Below, piece by piece: positions 8,697 to 16,356 of a stretch of 44,668 nt of DNA (positions are counted from its first letter, which is position 1; every line of letters starts with the position of its first letter). The translations under genes were made by a program, and so were the position numbers. The notes under the pieces are model-generated. The model had not been told where the DNA came from, did no database searches, and saw only the letters and a list, made by a program, of their open reading frames with translations. Source of the DNA: a virus; IMG/VR virus record IMGVR_UViG_3300049032_000040, positions 1 through 44,668 of that record. The stretch is one strand, 5' to 3'.

Positions 8697-8740
8697 TGTG
8701 ACATAGACCGCACACCAAGAGATGTGCGGTCTATGTCACA
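8697..8740. repeat. Perfect 18-bp inverted repeat with an 8-bp spacer
   Basis: TGTGACATAGACCGCACA (8697..8714), ccaagaga, TGTGCGGTCTATGTCACA (8723..8740). Confidence 0.9.
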
Positions 8741-8831
8741 TGGGTTCAAGTCCACACAACCTCAGCGCCAGGTGCCTACTGATGCGGCTTCTGCCTATGG
8801 GCGGTTTGCGCGGGGGTGGACAAGTCTTGTG

Positions 8832-9611
8832 TCAGCGGACGATGCGCCGAGTAGTGCGGTTCTTGACCACGTTGGATCGAACCCAGTTGCCGCAACCCTG
8901 GCACGAGTACAACGCGTACTCAGTGAGGGCCGTGAAGGTCGAATCACCCTCGCTCTTCAGCTTCGGGGAACCACACACAGGGCAACCAGTGTCGTTGCCG
9001 GAAAGCAGTGGCAGGTTGACGCCCGAAGGAAGCCACGGGAGCAGCCGCAGATACAGCTTCTCGGTGAGGCGAACATCCTGGATGCAGTAACGCTCCATGA
9101 GCCGGCGAGCCTTATCGTCACCGTCGATGACACGCATCCAGAGACCGAAGCCGTCGTGGTGTGTCTTCGAACCAAGGCCGAGCTGGGAAGCAACGAAGTC
9201 GAGCTTCTTCGACAGTGGCCGGAACTCGCGGCGAACAACCTTGAGCAGGTCGATCGTCTTGTACGGTTTCGGTCGAGTCATACCCAGGCGGGCGAACTCC
9301 CAGTTCAAATGCTTCATGTCGAAACCATCACCGTTGTACCAGACAACGACATCCGCTTCAGCAAGCATCCGGTGAGCGTGCGCAACCATCTCGTCGTTGC
9401 CGTGCTCCCACTCTGAGAAGTGGTGCACCTCTTGCTCGCCCAGCCATTTGGCGGCGAACGAGAGAAGGTGCAGCGGTTCGACTACCTGAGCGAGTCCGAA
9501 GTTCTGGTTGAACATCCCGAAGTGCCGGGACAGTGCAGGCTTCGTCTCAATGTCGAGAGTGAGGATGCGCGCCCGCTTGACGTCCTTGTGGAGCTTGCCG
9601 ATGAAGCTCAT
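8832..9611 (-). CDS. DnaQ-like / RNase H-fold 3'-5' exonuclease
   Basis: Exo motifs LDIET, WYNGDGFDMKHL and YCIQDV. C-terminal CxxC...CxxC zinc ribbon. The ATG at 9611 forms an ATGA overlap. Confidence 0.75.
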   Translation of the reverse strand: MSFIGKLHKDVKRARILTLDIETKPALSRHFGMFNQNFGLAQVVEPLHLLSFAAKWLGEQEVHHFSEWEHGNDEMVAHAHRMLAEADVVVWYNGDGFDMKHLNWEFARLGMTRPKPYKTIDLLKVVRREFRPLSKKLDFVASQLGLGSKTHHDGFGLWMRVIDGDDKARRLMERYCIQDVRLTEKLYLRLLPWLPSGVNLPLLSGNDTGCPVCGSPKLKSEGDSTFTALTEYALYSCQGCGNWVRSNVVKNRTTRRIVR

Positions 9612-9844
9612 GCGGTGATCTCGCTTCTCCACTCACGGAACGCGGTGGCACCAAACTTGGGCGCCGGGTGGTCCTCATCCGATTCGAGAATCGGTTTGAG
9701 TTCCACGTGAGGGTAGGAGTGTTTGTCGGTGAGGGCTTGCACGACGACTTCTCGTTCGCTGTCTGGGAGCGAGTCAAGCCATGCGTCGTAGTGTTCGGAT
9801 GCCGTCTTGGGCTTCCGTGTTGCCAGCTTCTCGGTGAATGCCAC
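9608..9844 (-). CDS. Hypothetical protein (78 aa)
   Basis: GTG at 9844 with AGGAGCG 5 nt upstream. Confidence 0.55.
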   Translation of the reverse strand: MAFTEKLATRKPKTASEHYDAWLDSLPDSEREVVVQALTDKHSYPHVELKPILESDEDHPAPKFGATAFREWRSEITA

Positions 9845-9960
9845 CGTGCGCTCCTAGGTTTTGGACGCGATGCGTCGGAAGGTTGACCGTGTGTAGTTGT
9901 TGACAGTTCGGGCATTCCGTGCGTGGTTCATGTGCACGAGTTATGCCCCGAGTTCGAAAG

Positions 9961-10312
9961 TCGGCGTTGCGGAATCGAACCGCATCTCCCTGCCCCATGG
10001 CGGGTGTCCTAGACCAACCCAGACATTCGCTAGCCGACGAGTGCGCACTCCGCTAGCCGAGATGGGTGAGGCCGTACCTGTTAGACGATCAGCCGGTATG
10101 TTGCTCGCCTCAGCCGGACTGGCTCGAGCGTTTGGAACGACGGTGTGCGCGCTTCGATCAGGTATGCCTAATCCGTGGGGGCTGTCGTTCGTTTGTTCAG
10201 CAGCACGCTTTATCGGACACCGGCCTAGGTGTCGCGTGCGCATTGTTGCCACCTCGTCACAGTGGCTCTCAACCGGTCGTCGCCACGGGTATCCATGAGC
10301 TAACCGGGAGTA
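9961..10312 (-). ncRNA. Candidate structured RNA with a tRNA-like 3' domain (tmRNA-like; possibly degenerate)
   Basis: About 350 nt with no convincing ORF. Canonical T-arm TGCGG-TTCGATT-CCGCA (9984..9968) followed by a 7-nt acceptor-like ACGCCGA. Also carries the strings GGCTAGCGAATGT (10035..10023) and CATCTCGGCTAG (10064..10053). Followed by a long hairpin at 9948..9910. Confidence 0.3.
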
Positions 10313-10351
10313 TGAAAAGACCCGCCGTGATGCCGAGGCTTCAAGACGGGT
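10313..10351 (-). terminator. Hairpin plus T-tract downstream of gene 10406..11053
   Basis: On the minus strand ACCCGTC...GGCGGGT is followed by CTTTTC. Confidence 0.45.
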
Positions 10352-10405
10352 TGGATTGCCTGGGAGTTTAGACACTCCTTCTAGGCGCTATCAGGATAGC
10401 AGACT

Positions 10406-11053
10406 TTAGCCTATTTCCGCTACTACTTCCATGAGCGTGTCGAAATCAATCTCGACTCCGATTGCTCGCCCGAGTTCGACGAGACCTTCGCGGCCAATCC
10501 AGACGGCTGCACATTCACGGTTTCGGCATTCGGCGGTGATCTGGTGTCCTACTCGTACGGTGATGAGCAGGTTGTCTGACGTTTCGCCTTCCTGGTTTGC
10601 GATCTTGGATTCACCACACTTGGGGCATTCGGATGATCTGAGTGGAACCTGTTTGGGTGGTTCGATGAGATCCCAGATTTTCGCCGCCCACGTGTCTGGG
10701 TATGAGGCGAGGTGTTCGTACGTGTCGTCGTCCATTGCGCCCGTGTCGTGGAGGCTGGTGAGTTTGTCCCAGTAGCCGCGCAAGTCGAGTTTCAGTTCGC
10801 CGGCTACTTTGACTCCCCATTCCTGCAACCATGCACGCGTCACGTCCTGAATGTGAATGGTGAGGTCGAGTGCGATTGCGTCGACAAGGTTGCGTGTTGC
10901 TGGTGATCCTCCTCCCCCGTGCGAGTTGTTCGACGGGGTGACGAGTGCAGCCAACCAGTCGACGAGTGGTGGGAAGTGTTGGGTGCGTGTCCCGTCACCA
11001 ACGTTTACCGTCATAGTCCACGGGTCAATCAAGCGATTCAATCCGTCCGACAT
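10406..11053 (-). CDS. Hypothetical protein with a C-terminal zinc ribbon (215 aa)
   Basis: Internal ATG at 11053 with AGGAAG upstream. Motif CPKCG...C..REC. Confidence 0.6.
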   Translation of the reverse strand: MSDGLNRLIDPWTMTVNVGDGTRTQHFPPLVDWLAALVTPSNNSHGGGGSPATRNLVDAIALDLTIHIQDVTRAWLQEWGVKVAGELKLDLRGYWDKLTSLHDTGAMDDDTYEHLASYPDTWAAKIWDLIEPPKQVPLRSSECPKCGESKIANQEGETSDNLLITVRVGHQITAECRNRECAAVWIGREGLVELGRAIGVEIDFDTLMEVVAEIG

Positions 11054-11172
11054 CACTTCCTGCTTTCCTTGTGCTTGATCAGTGTCCGAGTAACGGTGGT
11101 GATGATGATGGTGAGGCACGGGAAGCCCATGAAGATCGCAAACCCTAGAACGTTTGCCGTGTTGTCATCCAT
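11053..11172 (-). CDS. Small membrane protein (39 aa; may extend to 11358)
   Basis: MDDNTANVLGFAIFMGFPCLTIIITTV..., with AGGAAGGA upstream of the ATG at 11172. Confidence 0.35.
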   Translation of the reverse strand: MDDNTANVLGFAIFMGFPCLTIIITTVTRTLIKHKESRK

Positions 11173-11445
11173 CACGTGTCCTTCCTGTGTTTTTCGAGGT
11201 GTTGTTCTACGCCGGCCATTTGTGGGCCGACGAGTATCAGAGGGCATGATGGGCACCTCCACAACGGCGGGGTAACCATCAGCCGTCCTTCCGGTGACAT
11301 GAACACGCGCAACCACGGTTCGGGCATCCCTTGTGTTCGGTGGTGGACGGAAACGCACAGAAACCCGAACACGACATGGGTACGTGTAAGAATCCGGCCC
11401 TGTTTTTTACATGTTCAACTGTCATGTCAAAATCCTTCACACGAC

Positions 11446-11907
11446 TCAGAAGGGGGTGTCATCGCCGAAGCTCCCCGGTGTCGTCCACGGTTCCTGTGCG
11501 GGTGCCGGCACCGAAACTGCGGGCTGCTGCTGTCCCCCACCTGATGCGGCTCGAGTCACCTGAGCAGTCGCGTAACGAAGACTCGGGCCGATCTCGTCAA
11601 CCTCGAGTTCGATGGCCGTCCGCTGGTTGCCCTCCTTGTCCTGATAACTCGTCTGCTTGAGCCTCCCCTGAGCCATCACCCGCATGCCCTTCGTGAGCGA
11701 CCCGGCCACATGCTCAGCGAACTCACGCCACACGGACGCGCGGAGGAACAACGCTTCGCCGTCCTTCCATTCGTTCGCGGCGCGGTCGAAGTTGCGTGGG
11801 GTGGATGCGATGGTGAAGTTCGCCACCGGAAGCCCATTCTGCGTGTACCTGAGGGCTGGGTCATCGGTTAGGTTCCCGACAACGGTGATGATCGTCTCAT
11901 TCGCCAT
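11446..11907 (-). CDS. ssb: Single-stranded DNA-binding protein
   Basis: OB-fold N-terminus [25 protein letters not shown]..., a Gly/Pro/Gln-rich linker, and an acidic tail ending DDTPF. Confidence 0.9.
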   Translation of the reverse strand: MANETIITVVGNLTDDPALRYTQNGLPVANFTIASTPRNFDRAANEWKDGEALFLRASVWREFAEHVAGSLTKGMRVMAQGRLKQTSYQDKEGNQRTAIELEVDEIGPSLRYATAQVTRAASGGGQQQPAVSVPAPAQEPWTTPGSFGDDTPF

Positions 11908-12457
11908 GGTTGTATCTCTCTCCTGTTTGACTGATAGGTCCGCCTACGCGTGCGTAGCGGATGCCGCGTACGATCTGACTGACTAGGCCGTTCGTGACGC
12001 CGTATTGGGTGGCAAGGTCGACCTGTCGTGCGCCGTTCGCGTAGCGAGTGCGCATTGTGATGATCTGCTCATCGGTGAACCGCCCTGGCCTGTCTCGCCG
12101 GGCCGTCAGCATGTCCGCGACGTTCGATGCGCGGGTATCGAACCTCAGATGGTTCGGGTTGCAGCAGATTGGGTTGTTGCATGCGTGGCAGGTGTCGAAA
12201 CCTTCAGCACGCTTCTCCCCCGTCGTGAACGTGAGGGCCAGCTCATGTGCACCTACCATGCGGCCTCGCCACTGGTATCGCCCGTACCCGCCTTCGGTGT
12301 ATCCGAGCCAGGGCCAACAGTCGCCTTCTGACGGTTGCATGTCGACGAGCATCCAGAAATGCGAAACCCGCTGAATCTCTCGCGAGTCAGCGGGTTCGAG
12401 GTCGTGTGCGTCTACGACGACTTGGATTACGTCTGGTCTAAACGGATTCATGATCAT
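11897..12457 (-). CDS. HNH endonuclease (HNH_3-like plus C-terminal HTH)
   Basis: [15 protein letters not shown]...HELAL...[16 protein letters not shown]-terminal [19 protein letters not shown]. Confidence 0.8.
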   Translation of the reverse strand: MIMNPFRPDVIQVVVDAHDLEPADSREIQRVSHFWMLVDMQPSEGDCWPWLGYTEGGYGRYQWRGRMVGAHELALTFTTGEKRAEGFDTCHACNNPICCNPNHLRFDTRASNVADMLTARRDRPGRFTDEQIITMRTRYANGARQVDLATQYGVTNGLVSQIVRGIRYARVGGPISQTGERYNHGE

Positions 12458-12786
12458 GCGGCCTCCGTTGATCGTGTTGCGGGCCTAGCGAACTCGTGCT
12501 CCCACTGCGACCTCACGAACCGGACAGGCTTGAGGCCGATAGACCGTCGCGCGATCCCCACGGCCTCTTTCGTTTCCCCAAGACGGTGTGAGATCACGGC
12601 GTCAGGAACGCCAGCAGCCACGAGCTCTGCTACACGGTCGCGAAACACAACTGGTCGTGCTTTCCCCATGCCGCGTCCTGCACGGATCATGCCGACAAGC
12701 AGATCGGCGACTTTCACGCCTTGTCGTTCGGCACGGTTCGCCAGCAACCAGAAATCCTTCTCATCGATGTCGAGTGTCACTTTCAT
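12454..12786 (-). CDS. Putative DNA-binding protein (RHH-like N-terminus, HTH-like C-terminus)
   Basis: ATG at 12786 in an ATGA overlap. MKVTLDIDEKDFWLLANRAERQGVKVADLL... Confidence 0.5.
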   Translation of the reverse strand: MKVTLDIDEKDFWLLANRAERQGVKVADLLVGMIRAGRGMGKARPVVFRDRVAELVAAGVPDAVISHRLGETKEAVGIARRSIGLKPVRFVRSQWEHEFARPATRSTEAA

Positions 12787-13121
12787 GACGGTTCGCCTTC
12801 CTGCTCCACCAACACCCAATCCCCCGCCGACACGCGCGGGAAACGGTGCACGATTACGCACTCATCCATGCCGTGTTCGTGCCCCTCCTTGGCGCACTCT
12901 CGAACATGCCACTCAGCGGCCTCGCGGGTTCCCTCGTACTCGAAGTCCCAGAGGCTGCCATTGGGCGTTCGAAGCGCGGTTCCGTACTCCCACTCCTGCC
13001 CCACCGCTTCGAGCGCATCGGCGAGTCGATTCAGCAGGATGCCTGTAGCGGTCACCCCTGGACCCCACTTGCCGGATTCCGCGCGCGCTTCTTCGATCAG
13101 CTTCTTGTTGTTCTTCATCAC
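12783..13121 (-). CDS. Hypothetical protein (112 aa)
   Basis: ORF in the operon orientation, ATGA-coupled at both ends. Confidence 0.55.
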   Translation of the reverse strand: MMKNNKKLIEEARAESGKWGPGVTATGILLNRLADALEAVGQEWEYGTALRTPNGSLWDFEYEGTREAAEWHVRECAKEGHEHGMDECVIVHRFPRVSAGDWVLVEQEGEPS

Positions 13122-13486
13122 GCCACGTCCTTAAAGGTTCGAACAAGAACCGCATACTCCACACACTGCTGGTGAGACCACGCCTCCACGTCGGGGAACC
13201 ACTTACGAACCGTCGTCTGATGCGCCCCGACCGTACGAGCCGCCTCAGTAAACGACGCACCCTCCCGGATGAGGGCGAGGGCTATCTGGCGGTCTGTGTC
13301 TGGGTGTCGGACAGCAGGCGGCACATGATTGATGTGCAACCTTGTCCGCCACCGTGAAATCGTCCGCTCAGACACCTTGAACCGTTCCGACAACTGCCGC
13401 GTCGAGATGCCAGCCCGATCACACGCCACAAACTCTGCGTCACGCTCAGCCGCATACCACGCAGTCAAACCAGATGGCCTAGCCAT
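13118..13486 (-). CDS. Helix-turn-helix DNA-binding protein
   Basis: Two HTH-like segments: ISTRQLSERFKVSERTISRW and ASFTEAARTVGAHQTTVRKW. Confidence 0.6.
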   Translation of the reverse strand: MARPSGLTAWYAAERDAEFVACDRAGISTRQLSERFKVSERTISRWRTRLHINHVPPAVRHPDTDRQIALALIREGASFTEAARTVGAHQTTVRKWFPDVEAWSHQQCVEYAVLVRTFKDVA

Positions 13487-13640
13487 TGGTGTTTCTCCGA
13501 GCAGCGGTGATGCCGATACGAAGAGCAGCCTGAGCGATACCGACTTCCGTTAAGCTCTCACTCTTCGCATAGGCGAGAACAGCCGGCAGAAGACGGTCAC
13601 GCATCTGCTCCATGGTTTCCATCTCTTCGTTGTCAGTCAT
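13479..13640 (-). CDS. Hypothetical small protein (53 aa)
   Basis: The ATG at 13640 shares 1 nt with the upstream stop. Confidence 0.4.
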   Translation of the reverse strand: MTDNEEMETMEQMRDRLLPAVLAYAKSESLTEVGIAQAALRIGITAARRNTNG

Positions 13641-14485
13641 CAGAATCCTTCCTGTGTTTCTCTTTCGGCAGCACACGGGTAACGGGCACACGAACCATCC
13701 CCCACCCACTTATGACCGTTCGCACACGGGTCCGGTTTGTGCTCAGCCAACGCCGCATCCCACTGCGCGTTGATCGTGTCTGTCGATGCGGTCGGCAGTT
13801 CGTCCGTCCACCGCTCACCGTTCAACCACACGTTCAACGCCGGCGTGTACTGACGTTCAGTCGTCCGGGAATACGCGTCACCGAAGCGGATGATGTCAGC
13901 CACAAGCTCAGCAACACCGCGAGTCTTCGCAGCCGCCTTGAACTTCTCGAACGACTTCTTTCGCTCAACCTTCTTCGGCCAATGAGCCCATGCAGATTCA
14001 AAGTCAGACTCACTCACACGCACCGCAGGTGCGGAAGAGTTCTTTACCTGTTCCCCTGTTCCCCTGTTCCCCTGTTCCCCTGTTCCAGGCGCGAGGGTGT
14101 CGCGAGAGTCTCGCGAGGATGTCGCGAGGATCACGTTTTCATCGTCTGGCCTGGGATATCTTTGGCGACCAGGCTTGTCGATGCGCTGGTGCTTCTCCCA
14201 GTTCGTGATGTGCAGAAATGACTTGCCTGAGGACGTGTAGCGGATGATGAGACCTGCTTCAAACAGGTTCAGGAGGCCTCGCGACACCCTCGCGACAGTC
14301 TCGCGAGGATCACGGAACATGTCGCGTGCGAACAGGTCACCAATGATCGTGGCCTCATCGTCGATCCCACTGCCGCTGTCATCCACGTACGACCACAGGC
14401 CGATGAAAAGGAAACGGTCTGCGATATCCAAGTTCGTGATATCAGCAGACCGCCAGTACTCAGGCTTGATGCTTCGGATTCGCAT
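13640..14485 (-). CDS. Replisome organizer / replication initiator-like protein
   Basis: N-terminus MRIRSIKPEYWRSADITNLDIADRFLFIGLWSYVDDSG is typical of phage replisome-organizer N-domains. GAGGAG lies upstream. The gene carries internal iteron-like repeats. Confidence 0.6.
   Translation of the reverse strand: MRIRSIKPEYWRSADITNLDIADRFLFIGLWSYVDDSGSGIDDEATIIGDLFARDMFRDPRETVARVSRGLLNLFEAGLIIRYTSSGKSFLHITNWEKHQRIDKPGRQRYPRPDDENVILATSSRDSRDTLAPGTGEQGNRGTGEQVKNSSAPAVRVSESDFESAWAHWPKKVERKKSFEKFKAAAKTRGVAELVADIIRFGDAYSRTTERQYTPALNVWLNGERWTDELPTASTDTINAQWDAALAEHKPDPCANGHKWVGDGSCARYPCAAERETQEGF
14047..14086. repeat. 8-bp tandem repeat x5 (CCTGTTCC on plus, GGAACAGG on the coding strand)
   Basis: Five perfect head-to-tail copies. 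Encodes GTGEQGNRGTGEQ in the linker of the replisome organizer. Confidence 0.95.
14089..14128. repeat. Iteron-like cluster 1: four (G/T)CGCGAG copies at 11-bp phasing
   Basis: Copies start at 14089, 14100, 14111 and 14122. Confidence 0.85.
14279..14327. repeat. Iteron-like cluster 2: TCGCGA copies at 14279, 14290 and 14301 (11-bp phasing) plus a degenerate copy at 14322
   Basis: CTCGCGAC, CTCGCGAC, CTCGCGAG. The flanking bases give orientation inverted relative to cluster 1. GTCTCGCGAGGAT is shared with cluster 1. Confidence 0.85.
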
Positions 14486-14497
14486 GTGGCTCTCCTC

Positions 14498-14650
14498 TCA
14501 TTCGGTTCTCCTATGGCAGTCGCACATCTCGACCCGGCAAAAAGAGGCAGGGTACGACTTGCCGGGGTGACACTTCGGGCAACGAGCACACGCCGGCTGC
14601 TCATGCGCGTACGTCGTCGGTACTGCGCCAGGTGCGGTGATGAAACTCAT
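14498..14650 (-). CDS. Small Cys-rich zinc-finger-like protein (50 aa)
   Basis: MSFITAPGAVPTTYAHEQPACARCPKCHPGKSYPASFCRVEMCDCHRRTE. ATGA overlap with the WhiB stop. Below the ORF-track cutoff. Confidence 0.4.
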   Translation of the reverse strand: MSFITAPGAVPTTYAHEQPACARCPKCHPGKSYPASFCRVEMCDCHRRTE

Positions 14651-14904
14651 GGCCTGTTCCTCCTCAAACGTTCAAGAGACTTCGGTGAATAGCCCGCATA
14701 GATGCCGTCACGCTGGTTGGTGCGTAACGCGAACTCGAGACACGGTTGACGGGCTGGGCAGTCGTAGCAGATCTGTTTCGCCTTGCCGGCAGTGCGTACG
14801 TCCCCATGCGCGGGGAACCAAAGCTCTGGATCTTCCCCGGTCGCACAGGATGCTTCACGCGTCCACGGCTCCGGGCGCAGGTTGTCATCCGTGTAGACCC
14901 TCAC
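14647..14904 (-). CDS. whiB: WhiB-family (Wbl) transcription factor
   Basis: Four-Cys pattern C...C..C.....C (ASCATGEDPELWFP...ICYDCPARQPCLEFAL) and a GIYAG turn. GTG at 14904 in a GTGA overlap with the HNH stop. Confidence 0.8.
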   Translation of the reverse strand: MRVYTDDNLRPEPWTREASCATGEDPELWFPAHGDVRTAGKAKQICYDCPARQPCLEFALRTNQRDGIYAGYSPKSLERLRRNRP

Positions 14905-15365
14905 GATGCGGCCCAGGGCTGGCGCGACTCCCAGGGAAGGCCGTGATAACGCGCGCGAGTGTAATCCTTCTTGCAGATCAGGCAACGTCTCTGTCCGTAG
15001 TGATGCGAAAGATCGTGGCCCTTCACGCACCGCCTCACGCCCGAGGTTGTCATCTCAGAGCGGATAAGGTTCTCGGCCGGCGTCACGGGTTCAAGATGGG
15101 CAGGGTTCACACAGTGACGCACTCTGCACAGGTGGTCGAGAACCATTCCGGTTTCGATCGGCCCGTTGATGAGTACGTAAATGAGCCGGTGCGCCTGGTG
15201 CGTCACGTTGTCCAGGGAAGCCCAGCCGTATCCGTCTGGGCTCTTGCTGCGCGTCCATAGCCAGCATCCACCATCGCCCGCTTCGATATTTCGTCGAACG
15301 TGAAGGGGAAGCGTGTTGGGAAGGTTGGCTTCTTGCCATGCGTTCATAGGTATAGGCGCGGTCAT
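14901..15365 (-). CDS. HNH endonuclease (HNH_3-like)
   Basis: GGCWLWTRSKSPDGYGW...HRLIY...DHLCRVRHCVNPAHLE, plus a C-terminal CxxC. Confidence 0.8.
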   Translation of the reverse strand: MTAPIPMNAWQEANLPNTLPLHVRRNIEAGDGGCWLWTRSKSPDGYGWASLDNVTHQAHRLIYVLINGPIETGMVLDHLCRVRHCVNPAHLEPVTPAENLIRSEMTTSGVRRCVKGHDLSHHYGQRRCLICKKDYTRARYHGLPWESRQPWAAS

Positions 15366-15760
15366 GCTGTCACCTCAAGTTCGAGTCGTGGTCTGCCACC
15401 CGGTTCGTGGCGGATGAGTGGTGCACGCTTGTCCATGTATTGAGGCGTGTCATCGGGAACTATCCCGGCGTCCACCAACCCGTCACACATGGCCTTAAAA
15501 GTCGGATATACGTTGTCGCTGTCCCGGCGGCGCTTGTCAGCGACTACCCACGTGAGCTGCACAGTGATCTGATCGGCAGCTTGGAGGTTGTCTCGCTGAG
15601 CTGTCATCTTGGTGATCTCGCGGATGGTTCTCGTGAGCTTGGCTTTCTGCGCCCAGTGGAGACGCTGGTTTGCGTTCAGTGGCGGCCGGGGCCAGCCAAA
15701 GGTGAGGACAGTCGAGCCTTGGGGTGCCGGGGTTCCGTGCACCTGAAACGAAACCGTCAC
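15362..15760 (-). CDS. rusA: RusA-like Holliday junction resolvase
   Basis: 132 aa with the RusA family pattern: RRRDSDNVYPTFKAMCDGLVDAGIVPDD. Confidence 0.8.
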   Translation of the reverse strand: MTVSFQVHGTPAPQGSTVLTFGWPRPPLNANQRLHWAQKAKLTRTIREITKMTAQRDNLQAADQITVQLTWVVADKRRRDSDNVYPTFKAMCDGLVDAGIVPDDTPQYMDKRAPLIRHEPGGRPRLELEVTA

Positions 15761-15828
15761 GGGTTCCTCCTGGGTTGCAGGAGGGCGCGCATCCGTGGTG
15801 GTTGCGCGCCCTCAAATGGTTGTGTGCA

Positions 15829-16356
15829 TCAGCCGTTGAGTTGTGCACGTTTCTGTTCGATGGCAGCAGTGACGTCGGCGTGGATGCCGAGTGTGTGTGC
15901 GTAGGTTTCGATGCCGTCGAGTTTGGTGGTGTCGGTTGCGTCGTTGATCGCGGTCAGTGCGAGTTCGGTGGGTGTGATCGGCTGCACAACGAATGGTGCC
16001 CGCTTGCCACGTGTCACGGTGAGCGAGATAGACATCGGCTTGTCGATGTGGCTGAGTGCCGAGATCTTGATGCCACCCACCTTGTCGCGCCCGAAGGTTA
16101 CTTCCGGGTCGCCGTAGAGTCGGATTTTGCGTCCGGTGTATGCGGATGCTTCTGCACCCCATGCGGCAACCAGTACGCGGCGCATCGACTTGGATGGCTT
16201 GTAGGGTCGACCGGGGAACTCGACCAGGTGCACTTCCACCGGCTGTTCCGCGCTGCCTTGCTTGACCTCCGCAACGGTGACCAGCCGCGGCCCAGCGATG
16301 TAATCGTCGTAGTTTTGCTGGTCCGAGCGTGGGGCCGTGCTGCTACTGATGTCCAT
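15829..16356 (-). CDS. Hypothetical protein (175 aa), possible recombination partner of the adjacent exonuclease
   Basis: Internal ATG at 16356 shares 1 nt with the exonuclease stop. The functional suggestion rests on position only. Confidence 0.55.
   Translation of the reverse strand: MDISSSTAPRSDQQNYDDYIAGPRLVTVAEVKQGSAEQPVEVHLVEFPGRPYKPSKSMRRVLVAAWGAEASAYTGRKIRLYGDPEVTFGRDKVGGIKISALSHIDKPMSISLTVTRGKRAPFVVQPITPTELALTAINDATDTTKLDGIETYAHTLGIHADVTAAIEQKRAQLNG

Noticed and set aside
9941-10375. 144-aa minus-strand ORF across the 9.9-10.4 kb gap
   Set aside because: It has no SD, the composition is R/A/P/S/G-rich, and it runs through a terminator hairpin and a tRNA-like T-arm. It is treated as noncoding or RNA instead.
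11054-11119. MPHHHHHH at the N-terminus of the listed ORF 10406-11119, which looks like a His-tag or cloning artefact
   Set aside because: The stretch is an out-of-gene 5' extension that is antisense-like in composition and overlaps the upstream small gene. The SD-supported start is the ATG at 11053. There are no vector-like sequences around it.
11402-11430. AT-rich patch with TTGACA just after ssb as an internal promoter
   Set aside because: The best -10 candidate (TAAAAA) gives a 15-nt spacer, and other spacings give A-runs only. The case is too weak to call, although the local AT-richness is real.
14047-14327. CRISPR array or minisatellite at the replisome-organizer repeats
   Set aside because: The repeat units are 7-8 bp with 11-bp phasing, there are no spacers of CRISPR size, and everything lies inside one open reading frame. 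No CRISPR-like array was seen anywhere in the window.
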